NCBI GenBank assembly: GCA_964016885.1 | Contig: OZ024743.1 | Location: 133,920,001-133,984,000 of the forward strand | DNA length: 64,000 bases | Origin: Eledone cirrhosa | Lineage: Eukaryota | Reading direction: 5' to 3' | In this document: one piece after another, positions 10,101-21,600 of the stretch | Layout of the letters: every line of letters starts with the position of its first letter | How positions within the stretch are numbered: position 1 is the stretch's first letter | Notes under the pieces: generated by a model | The model's input: the letters and a program-made list of their open reading frames with translations, nothing else | Database searches by the model: none | What the model was told of the DNA's origin: nothing | Made by a program: the position numbers and the translations under genes

Positions 10101-13100
10101 TGTTTGGTGTTTGGTGTTTGCTGTTTGGCGTTTGGTCTTTGGTGCTTGGTGTTTGGTGCTTGGTGCTTGGTGCTTGGTGCTTGGTGCTTGGTGTTTGGTG
10201 CTTGGTGTCTGGTGCTTGGTGTCTGGTGCTTGGTGTTTGGTGTTTGGTGTTTGGTGCTTGGTGTTTGGTGTTTGGTGTTTGGTGTTTGGTGCTTGTTGCT
10301 TGGTGCTTGGTGCTTGGTGTTTGGTGCTTGGTGCTTGGTGTTTGGTGCTGGGTGCTTGGTGTTTGGTGCTTGGTGCTTGGTGTTTGGTGTTAGGTGCTTG
10401 GTGCTTGGTGTTTGGTGTTTGGTGTTATATGCTTGGTGTTTGGTGCTTGGTGCTTGGTGTTTGGTGTTTGGTTCTTGATGCTTGGTATTTGGTGCTTGGT
10501 GCTTGCTGCTTGGTGTTTGGTGCTTGGTGATTGATGCTTGGTGTTTGGTGCTTGGTGCTTGGTGTTTGGTTTTTGGTGCTAGGTGCTTGGTGCTTGGTGT
10601 TTGGTGCTTGGTGTTTGGTACTTGGTGCTTGGTGCTTGGTGTTTGGTGCTTGGTGCTTGGTGTTTGGTGTTTGGTGTTTGGTGCTTGGTGCTTGGTGTTT
10701 GGTGCTTGGTGCTGGGTGGTTGGTGTTTGGTGCTTGGTGCTTGGTGTTTTGTGCTAGGTGCATGGTGCCTGGTGTTTGGTGCTTGGTGCTTGGTGCTTGG
10801 TCTTTGGTGTTTGGTGTTTAGTGCTTGGTGCTTGGTGCTTGGTGCTTGGTGCTTGGTGCTTGGTCCTTGGTGTTTGGTGCTTGGTGCTTGGTGTTTGGTG
10901 TTTGGTGCTTGGTGTCTGGAGCTTGGTGTTTGGTGTTTGGTGCTTGGTGTTTGGTGTTTGGTGCTTGGTGCTTGGTGTTTGGTGCTTGGTGCTTGGTGCT
11001 TGGTGTTTGGTGCTTGGTGCTTGGTGCTTGGTCTTTGGTGCCTGGTGTTTGGTGTTTGGTGTTTGGTGCTTTGTGTTTGGTGCTTGGTGATTAGTGTTTG
11101 GTGCTTGGTACTTGGTGTTTGGTGCTTGGTGTTTGGTGTTTGCTGTTTGGTGTTTGGTGTTTGCTGTTTGATGTTTGGTGTCTGCTTTTTGGTGTTTGGT
11201 GTTTGCTGTATGGTGTTTGCTGTTTGGTGTTTGGTGTTTGCTGTTTGGTGTTTGGTCTTTGGTGCTTGGTGTTCGGTGCTTGGTGCTTGGTGTTTGGTGT
11301 TTGGTGCTTGGTGCTTGGTGCTTGGTGTTTGGTGCTTGGTGTCTGGTGCTTGGTGTCTGGTGCTTGGTGTTTGGTGTTTGGTGTTTGGTGCTTGGTGTTT
11401 GGTGTTTGGTGTTTGGTGTTTGGTGCTTGTTGCTTGGTGCTTGGTGCTTGGTGTTTGGTGCTTGGTGCTTGGTGTTTGGTGCTGGGTGCTTGGTGTTTGG
11501 TGCTTGTTGCTTGGTGCTTGGTGTTTGGTGTTTGGTGCTAGGTGCTTGGTGTTTGGTGTTTGGTGTTATATGCTTGGTGTTTGATGCTTGGTGCTTGGTG
11601 CTTGGTGTTTGGTGTTTGGTGCTTGGTGTTTTATGCTTGGTGTTTGATGTTTGGTGCTTGGTGCTTGGTGTTTGGTGCTTGGTGCTTGGTGTTTCTACTT
11701 GGTGCTTGGTGCTTGGTTCTTGGTGTTTGGTGCTTGGTGCTTGGTGCTTGGTTCTTGGTGTTTGGTGCTTGGTGTTTGGTGCTTGGTGTTTGGTGCTTGG
11801 TGCCTGGTGCTTGGTGCTTGGTGCTTGGTGTTTGGTGCTTGGTGTTTGGTGCTTGGTATTAGGTGTTTGGTGCTTGGTGCTTGGTGTTTGGTGTTTGGTG
11901 CTTGGTGTTTGGTGCTTGGTGTTTGGTGTTTGGTGCTTGGTGTTTGGTGCTTGGTACTTGGTGCTTGGTGCTTGGTGTTAGGTGTTTGGTGCTTGGTGCT
12001 TGGTGTTTGGTTTTTGGTGCTTGGTGCTTGGTGTTTGGTGTTTGGTGCTTGCTGCTGGCTGCTTGGTGTTTGGTGCTTGGTGTTTGGTGTTTGGTGCTTG
12101 CTGCTGGCTGCTTGGTGTTTGGTGCTTGGTGATTGGTGCTTGGTGTTTGGTGCTTGGTGTTTGGTGTTTGGTACTAGGTGCTTGGTGCTTGGTGTTTGGT
12201 GCTTGGTGCTTGGTGTTTGGTGTTTGGTGATTGGTGCTTGGTGTTTGGTGCTTGGTGCTGGGTTCTGGGTGGTTGGTGTTTGGTGCTTGGTGTTTGGTGC
12301 TGGGTGCTTGGTGTTTGGTGCTTGGTGCTTGGTCTTTGGTGTTTGGTGTTTGGTGTTTCGGGCTTGGTGCTTGGTGCTTGGTGTTTGGTGCTTGGTGCTT
12401 GGTGTTTGGTGCTTGGTGCTTAGTGTTTGGTGCTAGGGGCTTGGGGTTTGGTGTTTGGTGCTTGGTGCTTGGTGTTTGGTGCTTGGTGCTTGGTGTTTGG
12501 TGTTTGGTGCTTGGTGCTTGGTGTTTGGTGTTTCCTGTTTGCTGTTTGGTGTTTGGTGTTTGGTGTTTGCTGTTTGGTGTCTGCTTTTTGGTGTTTGGTG
12601 TTTGCTGTATGTTATTTGCTGTTTGGTGTTTGGTGTTTGGTGTTTGGTGCTTGGTGCTTGGTGTTTGGTGCTTGGTGCTTGGTGTTTGGTGCCTGGTGCT
12701 TGGGGCTTGGTGTTTGGTGTTTGGTGCTTTGTGCTTGGAGTTTGGTGTTTGGTGCTTGGTGCTTGGTGTTTGGTGTTTGGTACTTGATGCTTGGTATTTG
12801 GTGCTTGGTGCTTGCTGCTTGGTGTTTGGTGCTTGGTGATTGATGCTTGGTGTTTGGTGCTTGGTGCTTGGTGTTTGGTTTTTGGTGCTAGGTGCTTGGT
12901 GCTTGGTGTTTGGTGCTTGGTGTTTGGTGTTTGGTGCTTGGTGCTTGGTGTTTGGTACTTGGTGCATGGTGCTTGGTGTTTGGTGCTTGGTGCTTGGTGT
13001 TTGGTGTTTGGTGTTTGGTGCTTGGTGCTTGGTGTTTGGTGCTTGGTGCTGGGTGGTTGGTGTTTGGTGCTTGGTGCTTGGTGTTTTGTGCTAGGTGCAT

Positions 13101-16100
13101 GGTGCCTGGTGTTTGGTGCTTGGTGCTTGGTGCTTGGTCTTTGGTGTTTGGTGTTTAGTGCTTGGTGCTTGGTGCTTGGTGCTTGGTGCTTGGTGCTTGG
13201 TCCTTGGTGTTTGGTGCTTGGTGCTTGGTGTTTGGTGTTTGGTGCTTGGTGCTTGGTGCTTCGTGTTTGGTGTTTGGTGCTTGGTGTCTGGAGCTTGGTG
13301 TTTGGTGTTTGGTGCTTGGTGTTTGGTGTTTGGTGCTTGGTGCTTGGTGTTTGGTGCTTGGTGCTTGGTGCTTGGTGTTTGGTGCTTGGTGCTTGGTGCT
13401 TGGTCTTTGGTGCTTGGTGTTTGGTGTTTGGTGCTTGGTGCTTTGTGTTTGGTGCTTGGTGATTAGTGTTTGGTGCTTGGTACTTGGTGTTTGGTGCTTG
13501 GTGTTTGGTGTTTGGTGTTTGCTGTTTGCTGTATGGTGTCTGCTTTTTGGTGTTTGGTGTTTGCTGTATGGTGTTTGCTGTTTCGTGTTTGGTGTTTGCT
13601 GTTTGGTGTTTGGTGTTTGCTGTTTGGTGTTTGGTCTTTGGTACTTGGTGTTTGGTGCTTGGTGCTTGGTGTTTGGTGTTTGGTGCTTGGTGCTTGGTTC
13701 TTGGTGTTTGGTGCTTGGTGTCTGGTGCTTGGTGTCTGGTGCTTGGTGTTTGGTGTTTGGTGTTTGGTGCTTGGTGTTTGGTGTTTGGTGTTTGGTGTTT
13801 GGTGCTTGTTGCTTGGTGCTTGGTGCTTGGTGTTTGGTGCTTGGTGCTTGGTGTTTGGTGCTGGGTGCTTGGTGTTTGGTGCTTGGTGCTTGTAGCTTGG
13901 TGTTTGGTGTTTGGTGCTTGGTGCTTGGTGTTTGGTGTTTGGTGTTATATGCTTGGTGTTTGATGCTTGGTGCTTGGTGCTTGGTGTTTGGTGTTTGGTG
14001 CTTGGTGTTTTATGCTTGGTGTTTGATGTTTGGTGCTTGGTGCTTGGTGTTTCTACTTGGTGCTTGGTGCTTGGTGTTTGGTTCTTGGTTCTTGGTGTTT
14101 GGTACTTGGTGCTTGGTGCTTGGTGTTTGGTGCTTGGTGCTTGGAGTTTGGTGTTTGGTGGTTGGTGCTTGGTGTTTTGTGTTTGGTGTTTGGTTTTTGG
14201 TGCTTGGTGCTTGGTGCTTGGTGCTTGGTCCTTGGTGTTTGGTGCTTGGTGCTTGGTGTTTGTACTTGGTGCTTGGTGCTTGGTGTTTGGTTCTTGGTTC
14301 TTGGTGTTTGGTACTTGGTGCTTGGTGCTTGGTGTTTGGTGCTTGGTGCTTGGTGTTTGGTGTTTGGTGTTTGGTGCTTGGTGCTTGGTGTTTGGTGCTT
14401 GGTGCTTGGTGCTGGGTGGTTGGTATTTGGTGCTTGGTGCTTGGTGTTTGGTGCTTGGTGCTTGGTGCTTGGTGTTTGGTGCTTGGTGCTTGGTGCTTGG
14501 TCTTTGGTGCTTGGTGTTTGGTGTTTGGTGCTTGGTGCTTTGTGTTTGGTGCTTGGTGATTAGTGTTTGGTGCTTGGTACTTGGTGTTTGGTGCTTGGTG
14601 TTTGGTGTTTGCTGTTTGGTGTTTGGTGTTTGGTGTTTGCTGTTTGGTGTCTGCTTTTTGGTGTTTGGTGTTTGCTGTATGGTGTTTGCTGTTTCGTGTT
14701 TGGTGTTTGCTGTTTGGTGTTTGGTGTTTGCTGTTTGGTGTTTGGTCTTTGGTGCTTGGTGTTTGGTGCTTGGTGCTTGGTGTTTGGTGTTTGGTGCTTA
14801 GTGTTTGGTGTTTGGTGCTTGGTGCTTGGTGCTTGGTGTTTGGTGCTCGGTGTCTGGTGCTTGGTGTCTGGTGCTTGGTGTTTGGTGTTTGGTGTTTGGT
14901 GCTTGGTGTTTGGTGTTTGGTGTTTGGTGTTTGGTGCTTGTTGCTTGGTGCTTGGTGCTTGGTGTTTGGTGCTTGGTGCTTGGTGTTTGGTGCTGGGTGC
15001 TTGGTGTTTGGTGCTTGGTGCTTGGTGTTTGGTGTTTGGTGCTTGGTGCTTGGTGTTTGGTGTTTGGTGTTATATGCTTGGTGTTTGGTGCTTGGTGCTT
15101 GGTGTTTGGTGTTTGGTTCTTGATGCTTGGTATTTGGTGCTTGGTGCTTGCTGCTTGGTGTTTGGTGCTTGGTGATTGATGCTTGGTGTTTGGTGCTTGG
15201 TGCTTGGTGTTTGGTTTTTGGTGCTAGGTGCTTGGTGCTTGGTGTTTGGTGCTTGGTGTTTGGTGTTTGGTGCTTGGTGCTTGGTGTTTGGTACTTGGTG
15301 CTTGGTGCTTGGTGTTTGGTGCTTGGTGCTTGGTGTTTGGTGTTTGGTGTTTGGTGCTTGGTGCTGGGTGTTTGGTGCTTGGTGCTGGGTGGTTGGTGTT
15401 TGGTGCTTGGTGCTTGGTGTTTTGTGCTAGGTGCATGGTGCCTGGTGCTTGGTGCTTGGTGCTTGGTGCTTGGTCTTTGGTCTTTGGTGTTTAGTGCTTG
15501 GTGCTTGGTGCTTGGTGCTTGGTGCTTGGTGCTTGGTCCTTGGTGTTTGGTGCTTGGTGCTTGGTGTTTGGTGTTTGGTGCTTGGTGTCTGGAGCTTGGT
15601 GTTTGGTGTTTGGTGCTTGGTGTTTGGTGTTTGGTGCTTGGTGCTTGGTGTTTGGTTCTTGGTGCTTGGTGCTTGGTGTTTGGTGCTTGGTGCTTGGTGC
15701 TTGGTCTTTGGTGCCTGGTGTTTGGTGTTTGGTGCTTGGTGCTTTGTGTTTGGTGCTTGGTGATTAGTGTTTGGTGCTTGGTACTTGGTGTTTGGTGCTT
15801 GGTGTTTGGTGTTTGCTGTTTGGTGTTTGGTGTTTGCTGTTTGATGTTTGGTGTCTGCTTTTTGGTGTTTGGTGTTTGCTGTTTCGTGTTTGGTGTTTGC
15901 TGTTTGGTGTTTGGTGTTTGCTGTTTGGTGTTTGGTCTTTGGTGCTTGGTGTTTGGTGCTTGGTGCTTGGTGTTTGGTGTTTGGTGCTTGGTGCTTGGTG
16001 CTTGGTGTTTGGTGCTTGGTGTCTGGTGCTTGGTGTCTGGTGCTTGGTGTTTGGTGTTTGGTGTTTGGTGCTTGGTGTTTGGTGTTTGGTGTTTGGTGTT

Positions 16101-17400
16101 TGGTGCTTGTTGCTTGGTGCTTGGTGCTTGGTGTTTGGTGCTTGGTGCTTGGTGTTTGGTGCTGGGTGCTTGGTGTTTGGTGCTTGTTGCTTGGTGCTTG
16201 GTGTTTGGTGTTTGGTGCTAGGTGCTTGGTGTTTGGTGTTTGGTGTTATATGCTTGGTGTTTGATGCTTGGTGCTTGGTGCTTGGTGTTTGGTGTTTGGT
16301 GCTTGGTGTTTTATGCTTGGTGTTTGATGTTTGGTGCTTGGTGCTTGGTGTTTGGTGCTTGGTGCTTGGTGTTTCTACTTGGTGCTTGGTGCTTGGTTCT
16401 TGGTGTTTGGTGCTTGGTGCTTGGTGCTTGGAGCTTGGTGTTTGGTGCTTGGTGTTTGGTGCTTGGTGTTTGGTGCTTGGTGCCTGGTGCTTGGTGCTTG
16501 GTGCTTGGTGTTTGGTGCTTGGTGTTTGGTGCTTGGTATTAGGTGTTTGGTGCTTGGTGCTTGGTGTTTGGTGTTTGGTGCTTGGTGTTTGGTGCTTGGT
16601 ACTTGGTGCTTGGTGCTTGGTGTTAGGTGTTTGGTGCTTGGTGCTTGGTGTTTGGTTTTTGGTGCTTGGTGCTTGGTGTTTGGTGTTTGGTGCTTGCTGC
16701 TGGCTGCTTGGTGTTTGGTGCTTGGTGTTTGGTGTTTGGTGCTTGCTGCTGGCTGCTTGGTGTTTGGTGCTTGGTGATTGGTGCTTGGTGTTTGGTGCTT
16801 GGTGTTTGGTGTTTGGTACTAGGTGCTTGGTGCTTGGTGTTTGGTGCTTGGTGCTTGGTGTTTGGTGTTTGGTGATTGGTGCTTGGTGTTTGGTGCTTGG
16901 TGCTGGGTTCTGGGTGGCTGGTGTTTGGTGCTTGGTGTTTGGTGCTGGGTGCTTGGTGTTTGGTGCTTGGTGCTTGGTCTTTGGTGTTTGGTGTTTGGTG
17001 TTTGGGGCTTGGTGCTTGGTGCTTGGTGTTTGGTGCTTGGTGCTTGGTGTTTGGTGCTTGGTGCTTAGTGTTTGGTGCTAGGTGCTTGGGGTTTGGTGTT
17101 TGGTGCTTGGTGTTTGGTGCTTGGTGCTTGGTGTTTGGTGTTTGGTGCTTGGTGCTTGGTGTTTCGTGTTTCCTGTTTGCTGTTTGGTGTTTGGTGTTTG
17201 GTGTTTGCTGTTTGGTGTCTGCTTTTTGGTGTTTGGTGTTTGCTGTATGTTATTTGCTGTTTGGTGTTTGGTGTTTGGTGTTTGGTGCTTGGTGCTTGGT
17301 GTTTGGTGTTTGGTGCTTGGTGTTTGGTGCCTGGTGCTTGGGGCTTGGTGTTTGGTGTTTGGTGCTTTGTGCTTGGAGTTTGGTGTTTGGTGCTTGGTGC
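4130..17400 (+). repeat. Left-domain higher-order repeat of about 4.6-5.3 kb, ~3 imperfect copies starting near 4130, 9460 and 14070
   Basis: Landmark offsets are 5331 (4622/9953, 5763/11094), 5310 (6232/11542, 6668/11978), 4624 (8842/13466), 4610 (9953/14563) and 4680 (11542/16222). Shared private marks include a doubled GCTGCTGGCTGC (6741, 12051, 16695) and TTTGATGTTTGGTGTCTGC (~5838, 11169, 15842). Confidence 0.85.
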
Positions 17401-18629
17401 TTGGTGTTTTGTGTTTGGTGTTTGGTTTTTGGTGCTTGGTGCTTGGTGCTTGGTGCTTGGTCCTTGGTGTTTGGTGCTTGGTGCTTGGTGTTTGTACTTG
17501 GTGCTTGGTGCTTGGTGTTTGGTTCTTGGTTCTTGGTGTTTGGTACTTGGTGCTTGGTGTTTGGTGCTTGGTGCTTGGTGTTTGGTGTTTGGTGTTTGGT
17601 GCTTGGTGCTTGGTGTTTGGTGCTTGGTGCTTGGTGCTGGGTGGTTGGTATTTGGTGCTTGGTGCTTGGTGTTTGGTGCTTGGTGCTTGGTGCTTGGTCT
17701 TTGGTGCTTGGTGTTTGGTGTTTGGTGCTTGGTGCTTTGTGTTTGGTGCTTGGTGATTAGTGTTTGGTGCTTGGTACTTGGTGTTTGGTGCTTGGTGTTT
17801 GGTGTTTGCTGTTTGGTGTTTGGTGTTTGGTGTTTGCTGTTTGGTGTCTGCTTTTTGGTGTTTGGTGTTTGCTGTATGGTGTTTGCTGTTTCGTGTTTGG
17901 TGTTTGCTGTTTGGTGTTTGGTGTTTGCTGTTTGGTGTTTGGTCTTTGGTGCTTGGTGTTTGGTGCTTGGTGCTTGGTGTTTGGTGTTTGGTGCTTGGTG
18001 TTTGGTGTTTGGTGCTTGGTGCTTGGTGCTTGGTGTTTGGTGCTTGGTGTCTGGTGCTTGGTGTCTGGTGCTTGGTGTTTGGTGTTTGGTGTTTGGTGCT
18101 TGGTGTTTGGTGTTTGGTGTTTGGTGTTTGGTGCTTGTTGCTTGGTGCTTGGTGCTTGGTGTTTGGTGCTTGGTGCTTGGTGTTTGGTGCTGGGTGCTTG
18201 GTGTTTGGTGCTTGGTGCTTGGTGTTTGGTGTTTGGTGCTTGGTGCTTGGTGTTTGGTGTTTGGTGTTATATGCTTGGTGTTTGGTGCTTGGTGCTTGGT
18301 GTTTGGTGTTTGGTTCTTGATGCTTGGTATTTGGTGCTTGGTGCTTGCTGCTTGGTGTTTGGTGCTTGGTGATTGATGCTTGGTGTTTGGTGCTTGGTGC
18401 TTGGTGTTTGGTTTTTGGTGCTAGGTGCTTGGTGCTTGGTGTTTGGTGCTTGGTGTTTGGTGTTTGGTGCTTGGTGCTTGGTGTTTGGTACTTGGTGCTT
18501 GGTGCTTGTTGTTTGGTGCTTGGTGCTTGGTGTTTGGTGTTTGGTGTTTGGTGCTTGGTGCTTGGTGTTTGGTGCTTGGTGCTGGGTGGTTGGTGTTTGG
18601 TGCCTGGTGCTTGGTGTTTTGTGCTAGGT

Positions 18630-21600
18630 GCATGGTGCCTGGTGTTTGGTGCTTGGTGCTTGGTGCTTGGTCTTTGGTGTTTAGTGTTTAGTGCTTGGTG
18701 CTTGGTGCTTGGTGCTTGGTGCTTGGTGCTTGGTCCTTGGTGTTTGGTGCTTGGTGCTTGGTGTTTGGTGTTTGGTGCTTGGTGCTTGGTGCTTCGTGTT
18801 TGGTGTTTGGTGCTTGGTGTTTCGTGCTTGGTGCTTGGTGTTTGTACTTGGTGCTTGGTGCTTGGTGTTTGGTGCTTGGTTCTTGGTGTTTGGTGCTTGG
18901 TGTTTGGAGCTTGGTGCTTGGTGTTTGGTGCTTGGTGCTTGGTGTTTGTACTTGGTGCTTGGTGCTTGGTGTTTGGTGCTTGGTTCTTGGTGTTTGGTGC
19001 TTGGTGTTTGGAGCTTGGTGCTTGGTGTTTGGTGCTTGCTGCTTGGTGTTTGGTGTTTGGTGCTTGGTGCTTGGTGTTTGGTGTTTGGTGCTTGGTGTTT
19101 GGTGTTTGGTGCTTGGTGCTTGGTGTTTGGGGCTTGGTGCTTGGTGTTTGTACTTGGTGCTTGGTGATTGATGCTTGGTGTTTGGTGCTTGGTACTTGGT
19201 GCATGGTGTTTGGTGCTGGGAGCTTGGTGTTTTGTGCTTGGTTCTTGGTGTTTGGTGTTTGGTGCTTGGTACTTGGTGTTTGGTGCTTGGTGCTTGGTGT
19301 TTGGTGTTTGGTGTTTGATGCTTGGTGTTTTATGCTTGGTGCTTGGTGTTTGGTGCTTGGTGTTTGTATTTGGTGCTTGGTGCTTGGTGTTTTGTGCTTG
19401 GTTCTTGGTGTTTGGTGTTTGGTGCTTGGTACTTGGTGCTTGGTGTTAGGTGTTTGGTGCTTGGTGCTTGGTGTTTGGTGTTTGGTCCTTGGTGCTTGGT
19501 GCTTGGTGTTTAGTGCTTGGTGCTTGGTGTTTGTTGTTTGGTGCTTTCTGTTTGCTGCTTGGTGTTTGCTGCTTGGTGCTTGGTGCTTGGTGTTTGGTGT
19601 TTGGTGCTAGGTGCTTGGTGTTTGGTGTTTGGTGTTTGATGCTTGGTGTTTGGTGCTTGGTGTTTGGTGCTTGGTGCTTGGGGCTTGGTGTTTGGTGCTT
19701 GGTGCTTGGTGCTTGATGTTTGGTGCTTGGTGCTTGGTGTTTGGTGTTTGGTGTTTGGTGCTTGGTGCTTGGTGTTTGGTGCTTGGTGCTTGGTGCTGGG
19801 TGGTTGGTATTTGGTGCTTGGTGCTTGGTGTTTGGTGCTTGGTGCTTGGTGCTTGGTGTTTGGTGCTTGGTGCTTGGTGCTTGTCTTTGGTGCTTGGTGT
19901 TTGGTGTTTGGTGCTTGGTGCTTTGTGTTTGGTGCTTGGTGATTAGTGTTTGGTGCTTGGTACTTGGTGTTTGGTGCTTGGTGTTTGGTGTTTGCTGTTT
20001 GGTGTTTGGTGTTTGGTGTTTGCTGTTTGGTGTCTGCTTTTTGGTGTTTGGTGTTTACTGTATGGTGTTTGCTGTTTCGTGTTTGGTGTTTGCTGTTTGG
20101 TGTTTGGTGTTTGCTGTTTGGTGTTTGGTCTTTGGTGCTTGGTGTTTGGTCCTTGGTGCTTGGTGTTTGGTGTTTGGTGCTTGGTGCTTGGTGCTTGGTG
20201 TTTGGTGCTTGGTGCTTGGTGTTTGGTGTTTGGTGTTTGGTGCTTGGTGCTTGGTGTTTGGTGCTTGGTGCTGGGTGGTTGGTGTTTGGTGCTTGGTGCT
20301 TGGTGTTTCGTGCTAGGTGCATGGTGCTTGGTGTTTGGTGCTTGGTGCTTGGTGCTTGGTCTTTGGTGTTTGGTGTTTAATGCTTGGTGCTTGGTGCTTG
20401 GTGCTTGGTGCTTGGTCCTTGGTGTTTGGTGCTTGGTGCTTGGTGTTTGGTGTTTGGTGCTTGGTGCTTGGTGCTTGGTGTTTGGTGTTTGGTGCTTGGT
20501 GTCTGGAGCTTGGTGTTTGGTGTTTGGTGCTTGGTGTTTGGTGTTTGGTGCTTGGTGCTTGGTGTTTGGGGCTTGGTGCTTGGTGTTTGTACTTGGTGCT
20601 TGGTGCTTGGTGTTTGGTGCTTGGTTCTTGGTGTTTGGTGCTTGGTGTTTGGAGCTTGGTGCTTGGTGTTTGGTGCTTGGTGCTTGGTGTTTGTACTTGG
20701 TGCTTGGTGCTTGGTGTTTGGTGCTTGGTTCTTGGTGTTTGGTGCTTGGTGTTTGGAGCTTGGTGCTTGGTGTTTGGTGCTTGGTGCTTGGTGTTTGGTG
20801 TTTGGTGCTTGGTGCTTGGTGTTTGGTGTTTGGTGCTTGGTGTTTGGTGTTTGGTGCTTGGTGCTTGGTGTTTGTTGCTTGGTACTTGGTGCATGGTGTT
20901 TGGTGCTGGGTGCTTGGTGTTTTGTGCTTGGTTCTTGGTGTTTGGTGTTTGGTGCTTGGTACTTGGTGTCTGGAGCTTGGTGTTTGGTGTTTGGTGCTTG
21001 GGGTTTGGTGCTTGGTGCTTGGTGTTTGGTGTTTGGTGTTTGATGCTTGGTGTTTTATGCTTGGTGCTTGGTGTTTGGTGCTTGGTGTTTGTATTTGGTG
21101 CTTGGTGCTTGGTGTTTTGTGCTTGGTTCTTGGTGCTTGGTGTTTGGTGCTTGGTACTTGGTGCTTGGTGTTAGGTGTTTGGTGCTTGGTGCTTGGTGTT
21201 TGGTGTTTGGTCCTTGGTGCTTGGTGCTTGGTGTTTAGTGCTTGGTGCTTGGTGTTTTTTGTTTGGTGCTTTCTGTTTGCTGCTTGGTGTTTGCTGCTTG
21301 GTGCTTGGTGCTTGGTGTTTGGTGTTTGGTGCTAGGTGCTTGGTGTTTGGTGTTTGGTGTTTGATGCTTGGTGTTTGGTGCTTGGTGTTTGGTGCTTGGT
21401 GCCTGGGGCTTGGTGTTTGGTGCTTGGTGCTTGGTGCTTGGTGTTTGGTGCTTGGTGTTTGGTGTTTGGTGTTTGGTGCTTGGTGCTTGGTGTTTGGTGC
21501 TTGGTGCTTGGTGCTGGGTGGTTGGTATTTGGTGCTTGGTGCTTGGTGTTTGGTGCTTGGTGCTTGGTGCTTGGTGTTTGGTGCTTGGTGCTTGGTGCTT
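18630..21600 (+). repeat. First ~1.7 copies of the 1,725-bp higher-order unit
   Basis: Offset 1725 for ORF starts 19322/21047, 19450/21175 and 19611/21336. First appearance of the GCTTTCTGTTTGCTGC landmark (~19543). Confidence 0.8.
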
